NCBI RefSeq assembly: GCF_041751335.1
Contig: NZ_JBGSXS010000138.1
Coordinates: 6,505-70,504, forward strand
Direction of reading: 5' to 3'
DNA: 64,000 nucleotides
Origin: Aquiflexum sp.
Lineage (GTDB): Bacteria; Bacteroidota; Bacteroidia; Cytophagales; Cyclobacteriaceae
Shown: positions 1 through 9,000 of the stretch, in pieces
Layout: every line of letters begins with the position of its first letter
Numbering within the stretch: the first letter of the stretch is position 1
Program-made: the position numbers and the translations under genes
Notes under the pieces: model-generated
The model's input: the letters and a program-made list of their open reading frames with translations, nothing else
Database searches by the model: none
Told to the model about the DNA's origin: nothing

Positions 1-1885
1 CCAGCAGGTTCAAAAACCCACCTTGGTACTGAGTCATAACAAAACATTGGCAGCACAGCTTTATGGGGAATTCAAACAGTTTTTCCCAGAAAATGCTGTA
101 GAGTATTTTATTTCCTATTATGATTACTACCAGCCAGAGGCATTTATTCCAACCAGCGGAACTTATATTGAAAAAGACCTTTCGATCAATGAAGAAATTG
201 AAAAACTTAGGCTAAGTGCAACTTCGGCGCTTTTGTCAGGAAGAAGGGATGTAATCGTGGTCGCTTCAGTTTCCTGTATATATGGTATTGGAAATCCGGA
301 GGAATTTGGGAAAAATGTCATCCGACTTCAGGAAGGTGACCGGGTCCCAAGAAATCAATTGCTTTTCAAATTGGTGGATATCCTGTATAGCCGAACCAAC
401 AATGAAATGACGCATGGAACATTTCGGGTAAAAGGTGATACAGTTGATATTTTTGTTGCCTATGCGGATTTTGCATTCCGTATTTTCTTTTGGGGGGATG
501 AAATTGAGGCAATCCAACGAATTGATCCTGCGACAGGAAAAAAACTGTCAGATGAAAAAATCATTTCCATTTTCCCAGCGAACCTATTTGTAACCGGGAG
601 AGATGTCATTGATACGGCTATTCATGAGATTCAGGATGACCTGATGGGGCAAGTGGCTTTTTTTGAAAAAGACATGAAACTCATTGAAGCAAAAAGATTG
701 AGGGAAAGGACGGAATTTGACCTAGAGATGATCAGGGAATTGGGTTACTGTTCGGGTGTGGAAAACTACTCTAGGTATTTTGACAGGAGACAACCTGGAA
801 CCAGGCCATTCTGTTTGATTGATTATTTTCCGGATGATTTTCTTTTGGTGGTGGATGAAAGCCACGTTACACTTCCTCAGGTAAGGGGGATGTGGGGTGG
901 AGACCGATCACGTAAAATCAATTTGGTGGATTACGGCTTCCGTTTACCATCAGCTCTTGACAACAGACCACTGAATTTTGATGAATTTGAGAGCCTGATC
1001 AATCAAGCCATATATGTCAGTGCTACCCCAGCAGATTTTGAACTGGCAAAAACCGAAGGCGTGGTTGTAGAACAGATTATCAGACCCACAGGTCTTTTGG
1101 ACCCGATCATTGCTGTGAGACCCAGTGCCAATCAGATTGACGACCTTTTGGAGGAAATAGATGAAAGAATAAAATCCGGTGACAGGGTATTGATAACAAC
1201 CCTTACCAAAAGAATGGCAGAGGAATTGCAAAAATATTTGGAGAAAACAGGAGTAAAAAGCCGTTATATCCACTCAGAAGTAAAGCCTTTGGACAGGGTT
1301 GAAATCCTACGGGAACTTCGCTTAGGAGTATTTGATGTGCTCGTTGGTGTCAACCTTTTGCGGGAAGGTTTGGATTTACCGGAAGTCTCGCTAGTTGCTA
1401 TATTGGATGCGGATAAAGAGGGTTTCCTTAGAAATGAGCGAAGTTTAGTACAGACTATCGGGCGTGCGGCTAGAAACGAAAACGGAATGGTCATCATGTA
1501 TGCTGACAAGGTTACAGCATCCATGAAGTTGGCCATTGATGAAACAAGTAGAAGGCGAAGTCTCCAAATTGCTTATAATGAAGCGCATGGAATAACCCCA
1601 ACCACCATTATCAAATCCAAGGAGAAGATCATGGGACAGACAAAAGTTGCTGATAGTAAGAAAAATGCCAAAACTTACGAGGACATGGTCAATGCAGAAA
1701 CTTTGGTAGCTGCAGATCCACTGGTACAATACCTAAGCAAAGAAAAACTGGAAAAACTAATCGTCCAGACTCAAAAAATGATGGAAAAAGCAGCCAAAGA
1801 ACTTAACTTTATGGAAGCAGCAAGGTTAAGGGACGAATGGCAGGGATTGAAAAATAGATTGGAGCAGATGAAGAGAGGGGTTTGA
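1..1885 (+). CDS. uvrB: Excinuclease ABC subunit B (5' end lies outside the window)
   Basis: [44 protein letters not shown] and QTIGRAAR motifs; C-terminal UVR domain. The frame is open from the window edge. Confidence 0.98.
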   Translation, partial: QQVQKPTLVLSHNKTLAAQLYGEFKQFFPENAVEYFISYYDYYQPEAFIPTSGTYIEKDLSINEEIEKLRLSATSALLSGRRDVIVVASVSCIYGIGNPEEFGKNVIRLQEGDRVPRNQLLFKLVDILYSRTNNEMTHGTFRVKGDTVDIFVAYADFAFRIFFWGDEIEAIQRIDPATGKKLSDEKIISIFPANLFVTGRDVIDTAIHEIQDDLMGQVAFFEKDMKLIEAKRLRERTEFDLEMIRELGYCSGVENYSRYFDRRQPGTRPFCLIDYFPDDFLLVVDESHVTLPQVRGMWGGDRSRKINLVDYGFRLPSALDNRPLNFDEFESLINQAIYVSATPADFELAKTEGVVVEQIIRPTGLLDPIIAVRPSANQIDDLLEEIDERIKSGDRVLITTLTKRMAEELQKYLEKTGVKSRYIHSEVKPLDRVEILRELRLGVFDVLVGVNLLREGLDLPEVSLVAILDADKEGFLRNERSLVQTIGRAARNENGMVIMYADKVTASMKLAIDETSRRRSLQIAYNEAHGITPTTIIKSKEKIMGQTKVADSKKNAKTYEDMVNAETLVAADPLVQYLSKEKLEKLIVQTQKMMEKAAKELNFMEAARLRDEWQGLKNRLEQMKRGV

Positions 1886-1938
1886 AAGGGAGATGCGAGA
1901 GACTAGATTCGAGATTACAGAGAAGAGTTGTTAGAATC

Positions 1939-2402
1939 AAAGCTTGTCCCGATGCAAATCGGGGAATAAAGAGACAAAGCCTGCCCAGAAAAAACCAATG
2001 ACATAAATCGGAGCAGCCGTCACCCAGACGGAGGAAAGCCTGCCCCGTCCCAATAGCTACCTTAGATTCGGAGGGTCTCATGAGGATCAGTAAATGATAG
2101 ATTTAAACTTAAAAAGAACCTCTTGAGATCCCTCGTACCTACCAATGACGTAATTGGACCGGCCCGTCACCCCGTAGGAAGTGTCTCATGAGGATCCGAA
2201 AATGATTTAAATAAACATAAATAGGACCTCTGGAGATTCTTCGTACCTCAGAATGACGACTGCCTAGTAGATAATCTGATGTCATTCCTTTTCTGAACAT
2301 TTGTAAAATGTTGAGGACTCGGGATGACGGCTGCCTAGCTGGGAACTTGATGTCATTCCTTTTCTGAACATTATAAAAAATGTTGGGGACTCAGGATGAC
2401 GG
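1939..2402. repeat. REP/BIME-like array of palindromic units bounded by GTCA...TGAC
   Basis: Two type-A units (about 2018-2150 and 2164-2258) share GTCTCATGAGGATC and GAGATYCYTCGTACCT...AATGACG. Two type-B units (2277-2330 and 2348-2402) share an identical 25-mer, TGATGTCATTCCTTTTCTGAACATT. A TCCCGAT-GCAA-ATCGGGG hairpin lies at 1947-1964. Confidence 0.8.
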
Positions 2403-2417
2403 TTAAAAAATCCAAAA

Positions 2418-3056
2418 ATGACCTTACAAGAGATACATAAAATCGCACAACAGGGAGAGGGATTGAGAGTGGAATTCAAAAAGAAAGCTGCATTTCCTGA
2501 AAAAATCGTAAAGGAAATGATTGCATTGGCCAATACTGACGGCGGGTATCTGCTGATCGGGGTGGATGATGACGGTACTGTAAGCGGTCAGCGATTTATT
2601 GAAGAGGAGGTTTTTGTGATGGAAAAAGCGATAACAGAATTCATCAAACCCAAACTAGAATATCAACTACAAGTAATTAAATTGAACCAAAAAAAGGGAG
2701 TTGCGGTATTTACCATCAGCAGATCCAATAACAGACCACATTTTTTAATGGAAGAAAATAGAAAGAAAGCATTTGTTAGGGTAAAGGATAGGAGTATTCA
2801 GGCAAGTAGGGAAATGTGGGAAATTCTTAGAAGAGGAAAAATTCAAAAAGACATGGTTTTCACCTATGGCGAAAAAGAAAATATTTTGATCAAAACGCTG
2901 AGTGATAAAGGTAAGATTACCCTCAAAGAATTTCAGAATTTGGCCAAACTCCCGAGATTTTTAGCCTCAAAAACCTTGGTCCGCCTTGTTTTGGCCAATG
3001 TCATACGAATAGTTCCCCAGGAGCTTGAGGATTTTTATATTCTCAAAGAATCATAA
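2418..3056 (+). CDS. AlbA_2 (Schlafen-like) domain protein with probable C-terminal winged HTH
   Basis: EGLRVEFK...ALANTDGGYLLIGVDDDG signature; short C-terminal HTH-like region. Confidence 0.85.
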   Translation: MTLQEIHKIAQQGEGLRVEFKKKAAFPEKIVKEMIALANTDGGYLLIGVDDDGTVSGQRFIEEEVFVMEKAITEFIKPKLEYQLQVIKLNQKKGVAVFTISRSNNRPHFLMEENRKKAFVRVKDRSIQASREMWEILRRGKIQKDMVFTYGEKENILIKTLSDKGKITLKEFQNLAKLPRFLASKTLVRLVLANVIRIVPQELEDFYILKES

Positions 3057-3989
3057 AGGTAAAGCTGTCCCGAATTTTTGGTTGAATCCGGCTATCCCCT
3101 GTAACCCTCCTGTATGAAGGGCCAATAAATGGGATCCTATCGGAAAAAAGTCCTCCCTTATAAGCTCCATGATCCCAAACATCATTTTTCCAGTATAAAC
3201 TTGATCCAAAGGAATTTGGAATTGGCTGTAAAACCAACGTATAAAATCAATCAATTCCAGATTTGTTTTTCCATAGCCTCCAAAATGGAATTGATTGAAA
3301 ATCTGATAATCACCTGAAGGATTGATGTTGAATTTCGACAATAGCTTACTTATTTCATCAAATATGAAATCCCCTTTTAAGGCCGAAAATCCCAAAAGCT
3401 TTTGATGTGGAGCAATACTATCCATCAACCCTGCAAAAGTACCTCCTGTTCCGATTGAGGTAGTTATATGCGAAAAGTCAGATGTCAATTTATTTAATAT
3501 TTCCTTTGTCCCCTGAATGGCCAATTGATTAGTTCCTCCTTCGGGAATCACGTAAAAATCTCCGAATTCTCCTTCCAGCTTATTTATTATTTCCACATCA
3601 TTTTTTCTTCTATAATCTTCCCGATTCATATAATGCAATTGCATACCACATGACTGCGCAAAAGAGAGCGTTGGATTTAGGGGATGGTGTTCATCCCCAC
3701 GGATCACGCCGATAGCATCAAAACCCAATTTTTTAGCGGCGGCTGCCACAGCAAAAATATGATTGGAATAGGCTCCTCCAAAAGTCAAAAGAACTGATTT
3801 TCGTAGTCTTTGTGCTTCAATCAGATTGTATTTCAATTTAAAAAATTTATTACCTGAGGCCAATGGATGTACTTGATCCAGTCTTTTGATGGACAGACGA
3901 ATGCCTTTTTCCTTCAACAAAGGAAAATCAAGTTCTTGGGTCTCTATTTGGTTGGGGATTAACAACGCTCTCAAGTAATAAAACTCCAA
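3051..3989 (-). CDS. ACC deaminase/D-cysteine desulfhydrase family PLP enzyme (start uncertain)
   Basis: SGNKFFKLKY, TFGGAYSNH, IPEGG, GTGGT, LDQVYTGK and HTGGLQG motifs. Confidence 0.92.
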   Translation of the reverse strand: MEFYYLRALLIPNQIETQELDFPLLKEKGIRLSIKRLDQVHPLASGNKFFKLKYNLIEAQRLRKSVLLTFGGAYSNHIFAVAAAAKKLGFDAIGVIRGDEHHPLNPTLSFAQSCGMQLHYMNREDYRRKNDVEIINKLEGEFGDFYVIPEGGTNQLAIQGTKEILNKLTSDFSHITTSIGTGGTFAGLMDSIAPHQKLLGFSALKGDFIFDEISKLLSKFNINPSGDYQIFNQFHFGGYGKTNLELIDFIRWFYSQFQIPLDQVYTGKMMFGIMELIREDFFPIGSHLLALHTGGLQGIAGFNQKFGTALPL

Positions 3990-4015
3990 ATAGCAAAAAC
4001 TTTATCAAAAGCCCT

Positions 4016-4023
4016 TAATTTTG
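4016..4023 (+). promoter_or_regulatory. Bacteroidota -7 promoter element, 4 nt before the rluD ATG
   Basis: TAATTTTG matches TAnnTTTG. Confidence 0.6.
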
Positions 4024-4027
4024 CATC

Positions 4028-5071
4028 ATGAGAAATCAAATTGAACCTGAAAATTTTGAAGAGGACGAAGAAGTTGAACTATTTGAACACCACAGTTTTG
4101 TGATAGACAAAGGACAAAGTTTGCTGAGGATAGATAAATTCCTTACTGACAAAGTAGCCAATTCAACTCGAAATAGGGTTCAGAATGCCATAGAAGCAGG
4201 CAATGTTCTGGTGAACGGAAAACAGGTAAAACCCAATTATAAAATCAAGCCTTTGGATGAAATCAAAGTGTTTATGGAAAAACCGGTGATGCATTCTGAA
4301 GTACTTGCAGAACCCATTCCGCTAGATATCATTTTTGAGGATGACTACCTTTTGATTATCAATAAACCACCGGGAATGGTTGTCCATCCTGCCCATGGCA
4401 ATTGGACCGGAACACTCGTCAATGGATTGGTATATTATTTCAATCAGCTTCCTACCTTACCGGGAAATAGCGGTAGGCCCGGGCTTGTACATAGGATAGA
4501 TAAAGACACCTCAGGACTTTTGGTAATTGCCAAGTCAGAAATAGCCATGACAGATCTGGCAAATCAGTTTTTTCACCACAACATAGATAGAACTTATCTG
4601 GCTTTGGTGTGGGGAGAACCTAATGAGGATGAAGGCACAATCATTGCCCATGTTGGTAGAAGTCCCAAAAACAGAAAAGTCATGGAGTCCTACCCTGATG
4701 GTTCACAAGGAAAGCATGCCATTACCCATTGGAAAGTCATCAAAAGACTACGCTATGTCACTTTGGTTCAATGTAACTTGGAAACAGGCAGAACCCATCA
4801 AATACGGGCCCACATGAAACATATTGGACATCCCTTATTCAATGATTCCATGTACGGAGGAGACAAAATCAGAAAGGGAACCCAATTTGCCAAGTACAAG
4901 ACTTTTATACAAAACTGTTTTGACCTGATGCCAAGACAAGCACTTCATGCTAAATCCCTTGGCTTTGTTCACCCCATCACGAAGGAAAGAATGTACTTTG
5001 AAACACCCCTACCAACTGATTTTGAGGGGGTCCTTGAAAAATGGGAAAACTATGTCAAATATGAAAATTGA
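4028..5071 (+). CDS. rluD: RluA-family pseudouridine synthase with S4 domain
   Basis: RIDKFL S4 domain, NKPPGMVVHP, HRIDKDTSG, TGRTHQIRAH, QALHA. Confidence 0.93.
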   Translation: MRNQIEPENFEEDEEVELFEHHSFVIDKGQSLLRIDKFLTDKVANSTRNRVQNAIEAGNVLVNGKQVKPNYKIKPLDEIKVFMEKPVMHSEVLAEPIPLDIIFEDDYLLIINKPPGMVVHPAHGNWTGTLVNGLVYYFNQLPTLPGNSGRPGLVHRIDKDTSGLLVIAKSEIAMTDLANQFFHHNIDRTYLALVWGEPNEDEGTIIAHVGRSPKNRKVMESYPDGSQGKHAITHWKVIKRLRYVTLVQCNLETGRTHQIRAHMKHIGHPLFNDSMYGGDKIRKGTQFAKYKTFIQNCFDLMPRQALHAKSLGFVHPITKERMYFETPLPTDFEGVLEKWENYVKYEN

Positions 5072-5260
5072 GGGAATTTGGGATTTTAAAGTTGGATATT
5101 CGATCAAATAAAAACTTAATTACCATTGCTGAGTTTTCAAAACCGAAGGCTTCGAAATCGATTTAAAATAATTACTTTTTAAAAAATTCTTGTTTTTTTA
5201 CAAAAACTGTAAATTTTAGCTAATATTTTTACATAATTATAAAAAGTTAAGTTTTCTTGT

Positions 5261-5268
5261 TAAATTTG
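5261..5268 (+). promoter_or_regulatory. -7 promoter element upstream of tRNA-like element 1
   Basis: TAAATTTG matches TAnnTTTG, 38 nt upstream of the element. Confidence 0.55.
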
Positions 5269-5306
5269 TAATGTTAATAACAGCACTGAAATTAAATTCA
5301 TTGCAG

Positions 5307-5372
5307 TGTAGGATTAATAAAAGGCAAAAGTTTTCATAGAAGACTTTGGAGGTTCGAAACCTTCTCCTACAT
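5307..5372 (+). ncRNA. Minimal tRNA-like RNA, element 1 (acceptor stem plus T arm, no D stem)
   Basis: TGTAGGA 5307-5313 pairs with TCCTACA 5365-5371. T arm GGAGG-TTCGAAA-CCTTC at 5348-5364. 9-bp hairpin AAAGTTTTC-ATA-GAAGACTTT at 5327-5347. Unpaired GG-containing linker. Confidence 0.7.
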
Positions 5373-5403
5373 CCGGTTATTTTGGGTTTATTGTTAATTG
5401 ACT

Positions 5404-5440
5404 AAAGCTGTGAGATTTTGTTTCACAGCTTTTTGTTTTT
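5404..5440 (+). terminator. Rho-independent terminator after element 1
   Basis: AAAGCTGTGAGA-TTTTG-TTTCACAGCTTT followed by a T tract. Confidence 0.8.
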
Positions 5441-5639
5441 AATCCATAATAGCGAACATTAAAGTGGCAAATCATTGAAAGTATAGTTTTATTGAATATC
5501 CTTCATTGATAATACCCTAATTAAATACTCTTTTTCAAGGCGTAATTATTTTATTTACATTTATTATAGCTTATTTTTAAAAATAATATAAAAAATATAT
5601 CTTTTATTTAATTTAATTTTAATAAATAGATCCCTTTGT

Positions 5640-5647
5640 TAATTTTG
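5640..5647 (+). promoter_or_regulatory. -7 promoter element upstream of tRNA-like element 2
   Basis: TAATTTTG in the same TGTTAAWTTTG context as the promoter of element 1. Confidence 0.5.
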
Positions 5648-5751
5648 ACTCATTATTAAGCCAATGGACTTATCATTACTTGATAAAGAATGTTTGTCTA
5701 AAAAGTAAATATCTGCAAAAGTGCAGTGAATTAATTCCATTAAAATCATAA

Positions 5752-5887
5752 TGTAGGATGTTGAAACTGGCAGACAAGCCCTCCTGTCTCGGGGGTGGGG
5801 ATTCCGATTTTTCGGTTCGGATAAAGTGCATCAAGAGCTCTGATGTAGCCTAACTACCCCGTGGAGGTTCGAATCCTTCTCCTACAG
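5752..5887 (+). tRNA. Atypical tRNA or tRNA-like RNA, element 2: anticodon GTC (Asp) with a 67-nt branched variable arm
   Basis: Acceptor TGTAGGA/TCCTACA; D arm TTG-AAACTGGCAGA-CAA; anticodon arm CCCTC-CTGTCTC-GGGGG; variable region 5796-5862; T arm GGAGG-TTCGAAT-CCTTC; discriminator G5887. Confidence 0.8.
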
Positions 5888-5944
5888 CAAAAATGTTTAG
5901 TTCTTTTCAATTATTAGGCAAACTTCTTGTTTTAAGAAACATTT

Positions 5945-5964
5945 AACAGGTTGCCTGTTTTTTT
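5945..5964 (+). terminator. Probable terminator after element 2
   Basis: AACAGG-TTG-CCTGTT followed by a T run. An alternative longer pairing with TAGGCAA at 5915 is possible. Confidence 0.6.
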
Positions 5965-6038
5965 GCATTACAAATTCAAAAACCCTATCGCTATTTTTCC
6001 AAAGCATTTGTATTACTTTTACTTGCGTAGTTTGTAAT

Positions 6039-9000
6039 ATGGAAAACAAAAAGAAAGATAGCGTAGCAAAAAATAGGAGATACAGAAAATACCTTCGAAT
6101 AGGTGGTATTCTAGTTTTCGTATTGGTTTTCCTGCAAACGGTCTTTTATTTCGGTTCAGATTTATTATTGAGAAATTACCTCAAGGAGAGGGTAAATCAA
6201 GCCTCAGATAACAAATATGAGATTGATTTTGACAGATTTTATATCCTTCTTCTTCAGAGAGGTATCTCTTTCAAAGGTCTAAAAATCAATCCTGTTGAAG
6301 ATAAATTCATTGAACTTGTTGATGCACCCTATTACAAAATTTCCATTCCTGACATTTCTTTGACCCGACTGAATTACCTTTTCAGGAAAAAAGAATTTGT
6401 CATAGGCAATATAGATTTGGTTAATCCTGCTGTTGACTTCAGACTGAAAAAAGGGGATTCATTTGAACCTTCCACTGACGAATCGGCCCTCCTTATACTT
6501 CAGGAGGAAATCAAAAAATCCTTTTTGACAACCAGGTTAAAAGAAATCAGGATAAAAAACATCAATATTAAAGAGGCGGATGTTCTACTAAAAAATTTCA
6601 TCGCACAAAAGGCCATCAAGGCAGATCACACAAGCATCTATCTAAAGGACATTCAGTTGCTACAAATGAGATCTCCTGAAACACCTTTTAATGCAGAAGG
6701 CTTTTCTTTTGAGCTTCAGAATTTTGAAATCCTGCTATCGGATAGTGTTCACACCATCCAATCATCCGAAATCAAAGTCTCCTCAATTGATCAGTACATC
6801 GAGGCAAAAAGGGTGAATATTACTCCGGATTTTAGCAAAGCTTCAGCTACCTACTTTCAAGTTGAGCTGGAGGATTTACTCCTAAGTGATGCTGATATCA
6901 ACAAGGTTTTTTACACATCAGAAATAGAAGTCGGTGAACTCAAATTACAAAAACCATCATTCAATTTATTTTCCGGTATAAGACCTGAAAGAAAAGAAAT
7001 CAAACTGGAAACATTTGACCTTTATAATTTGATTGAAGGGATTTTGCAATCCATCAATATCAATCATTTAAAAATTGAGGAAGGGAAATTCACCCAAAGG
7101 GCTACATCCGATCCTGACAATTACAGGATTAAAGCAGAGCGGATAGATTTCAACATGGAGGATTTTTATGTGGGACCTAATGAATCCAAAAAAACCAATC
7201 AGTTCTTTTATGCCAATCAGGCTTCGGTCGAACTATTTCAGGTTGATTTAGCACTGGGAGATAGTCTTCATTGGATTCAGGGGGAATATGTAAGACTTTC
7301 CTCTTTTGATGATGAAATCAAAATTTCCGGATTCAAACTTTTCCCGATAAATGAAAATCAACAGCCTGAGGGTAAAACCCTTTTGGAAATTGAAGTTCCC
7401 GAATTGATGATCAACAATGCCAATCTCAAGAAAACTTATAATCAGGGCATCATTGATATCAATGAAATTGTTATCAACAATCCTAATATTTTGCTCAGGG
7501 ACGTTCAGGGTGGTAAAAATCAGGAAGGAGCTTTTGACTTAAAAAAAATATCGAGGGATTACCTTGAAGGCATCTACGTAAACCGTTTGGTCATTAAGGA
7601 AGGATCGCTCGTAGTGGACAATAACATCAGAATCAGACAGGATAGTCTTTCATTTGGCAAAGTAAGTGTGGTATTGGAAAACTTTGCCCTTGACCAGGAA
7701 ACGGAGGAGTCCGATAGTAAGGGAATATTCTGGGCAGACCACTTACAGCTTGAATTAGAAGACTACGCCCTAAAATTAGCGGATAACCTTCATGTCTTTA
7801 AGGCCGATAGGGTATTTATTGATACAAAAAACGGTCAGATAAGGATCAATGGCTTTGCCCTCCAACCATTCAACAAAAGCCAGATTCAGACATCTGTGGA
7901 CAGATATGGTGTCAGTACAACATTGGACATCTTTGTTCCCCAATTTCAAGCTACAGGAGTGGATGTTAGGAAGGCCTACTTTGATGGCATACTCAAAGTC
8001 CAGCAAATCCGAATCCCGTCTCCCAAGATAAATCTCTATAGATATCGTCCTAAGGTTGGAGACGATTCGGAAAAAATGGACAGTGGGGAAATGCTGAATT
8101 TATTGACCAATTACTTTTCAGAAGTTCAGGTAGATTCCCTTATCATTCAACGTGCAACCTTGAATTATGAAAACTTATTTGGAGACAGGACCAGGACATT
8201 TTCGGAGGATAATGTTTCTGTTGCGGTCAAAAACTTTCATATTTATGAAGGAATCAATCCAGATGCCATCAATTCGCTTTTTTCTGATGAAGTGGACCTT
8301 AGTCTCAACAATTATATATTTAATATAGCAGGTGGCAAATATAATATCCTAGCAGACAGGATCAATTTCAACACTGCAAAAGAAGAAATTATAACTCGAA
8401 ATGTCAGACTTACTCCAAGCGTAGGATTTTCTGATAAAACCAGAATTACAGCAGTAATACCCTCTCTCTCGTTTAGAGGAGTGGATCTTGAAGCATTTTT
8501 ATTTGACAATACATTGAACCTTGAAATGGTCAATCTTACAGGTTCGGCGGTTGAAATATTAGTCAACAATGACTGGAGAGACACCGAAGCACAATCCACT
8601 AGAAGGAGGGCAAGGGACAGAACCCTTCCAAAAAACATTGAAATCGTTATGATTGACACGATTGAAGCCAGCAATGCCCAGTTCAGTCTTTCTTTCAGAG
8701 ACAAGGGAATTCAGCGGGACTTGATCAATACAGGGATAAATTTAAGTGTTTTTGACTTTCTTCTGGATTCCGCAAAAATTGCAAAAGGTGAAATTGCAGG
8801 CTTTTTTGGCGGTATGTCTTTGGGTATTGATGAATTTTGGTTAACCTTAAATGACAGTATTCATCAGGTGACATTTTCCAAAGTAGAACTTGACACAAGG
8901 TATGAAGGAATATTGGTCAATAATTTCAGGATTATTCCCAAAAACCTTTCCGGAAAACCAGGAGTACCTGTTTTTTCAGGACATATTCCTACAGCCCTGA

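Noticed and set aside
2277-2402. CRISPR array
   Set aside because: Only two copies, the intervening sequences are themselves similar, units have terminal inverted repeats, and no cas genes are present.
5327-5347. CAT (Met) anticodon in element 1
   Set aside because: TTCATAG is present, but the stem register centres the loop on ATA; a CAT-centred 7-nt loop leaves only two pairs.
5307-5887. attL/attR duplication from an element integrated at a tRNA
   Set aside because: Both copies retain 5' and 3' acceptor strands, the shorter copy is upstream, and no integrase or cargo lies between them.
5752-5887. tmRNA, tRNA-Sec or group I intron-containing tRNA
   Set aside because: No G3-U70 pair or tag ORF; the anticodon is not TCA and the acceptor is 7 bp; the insert is only 67 nt and lies in the variable arm, not the anticodon loop.
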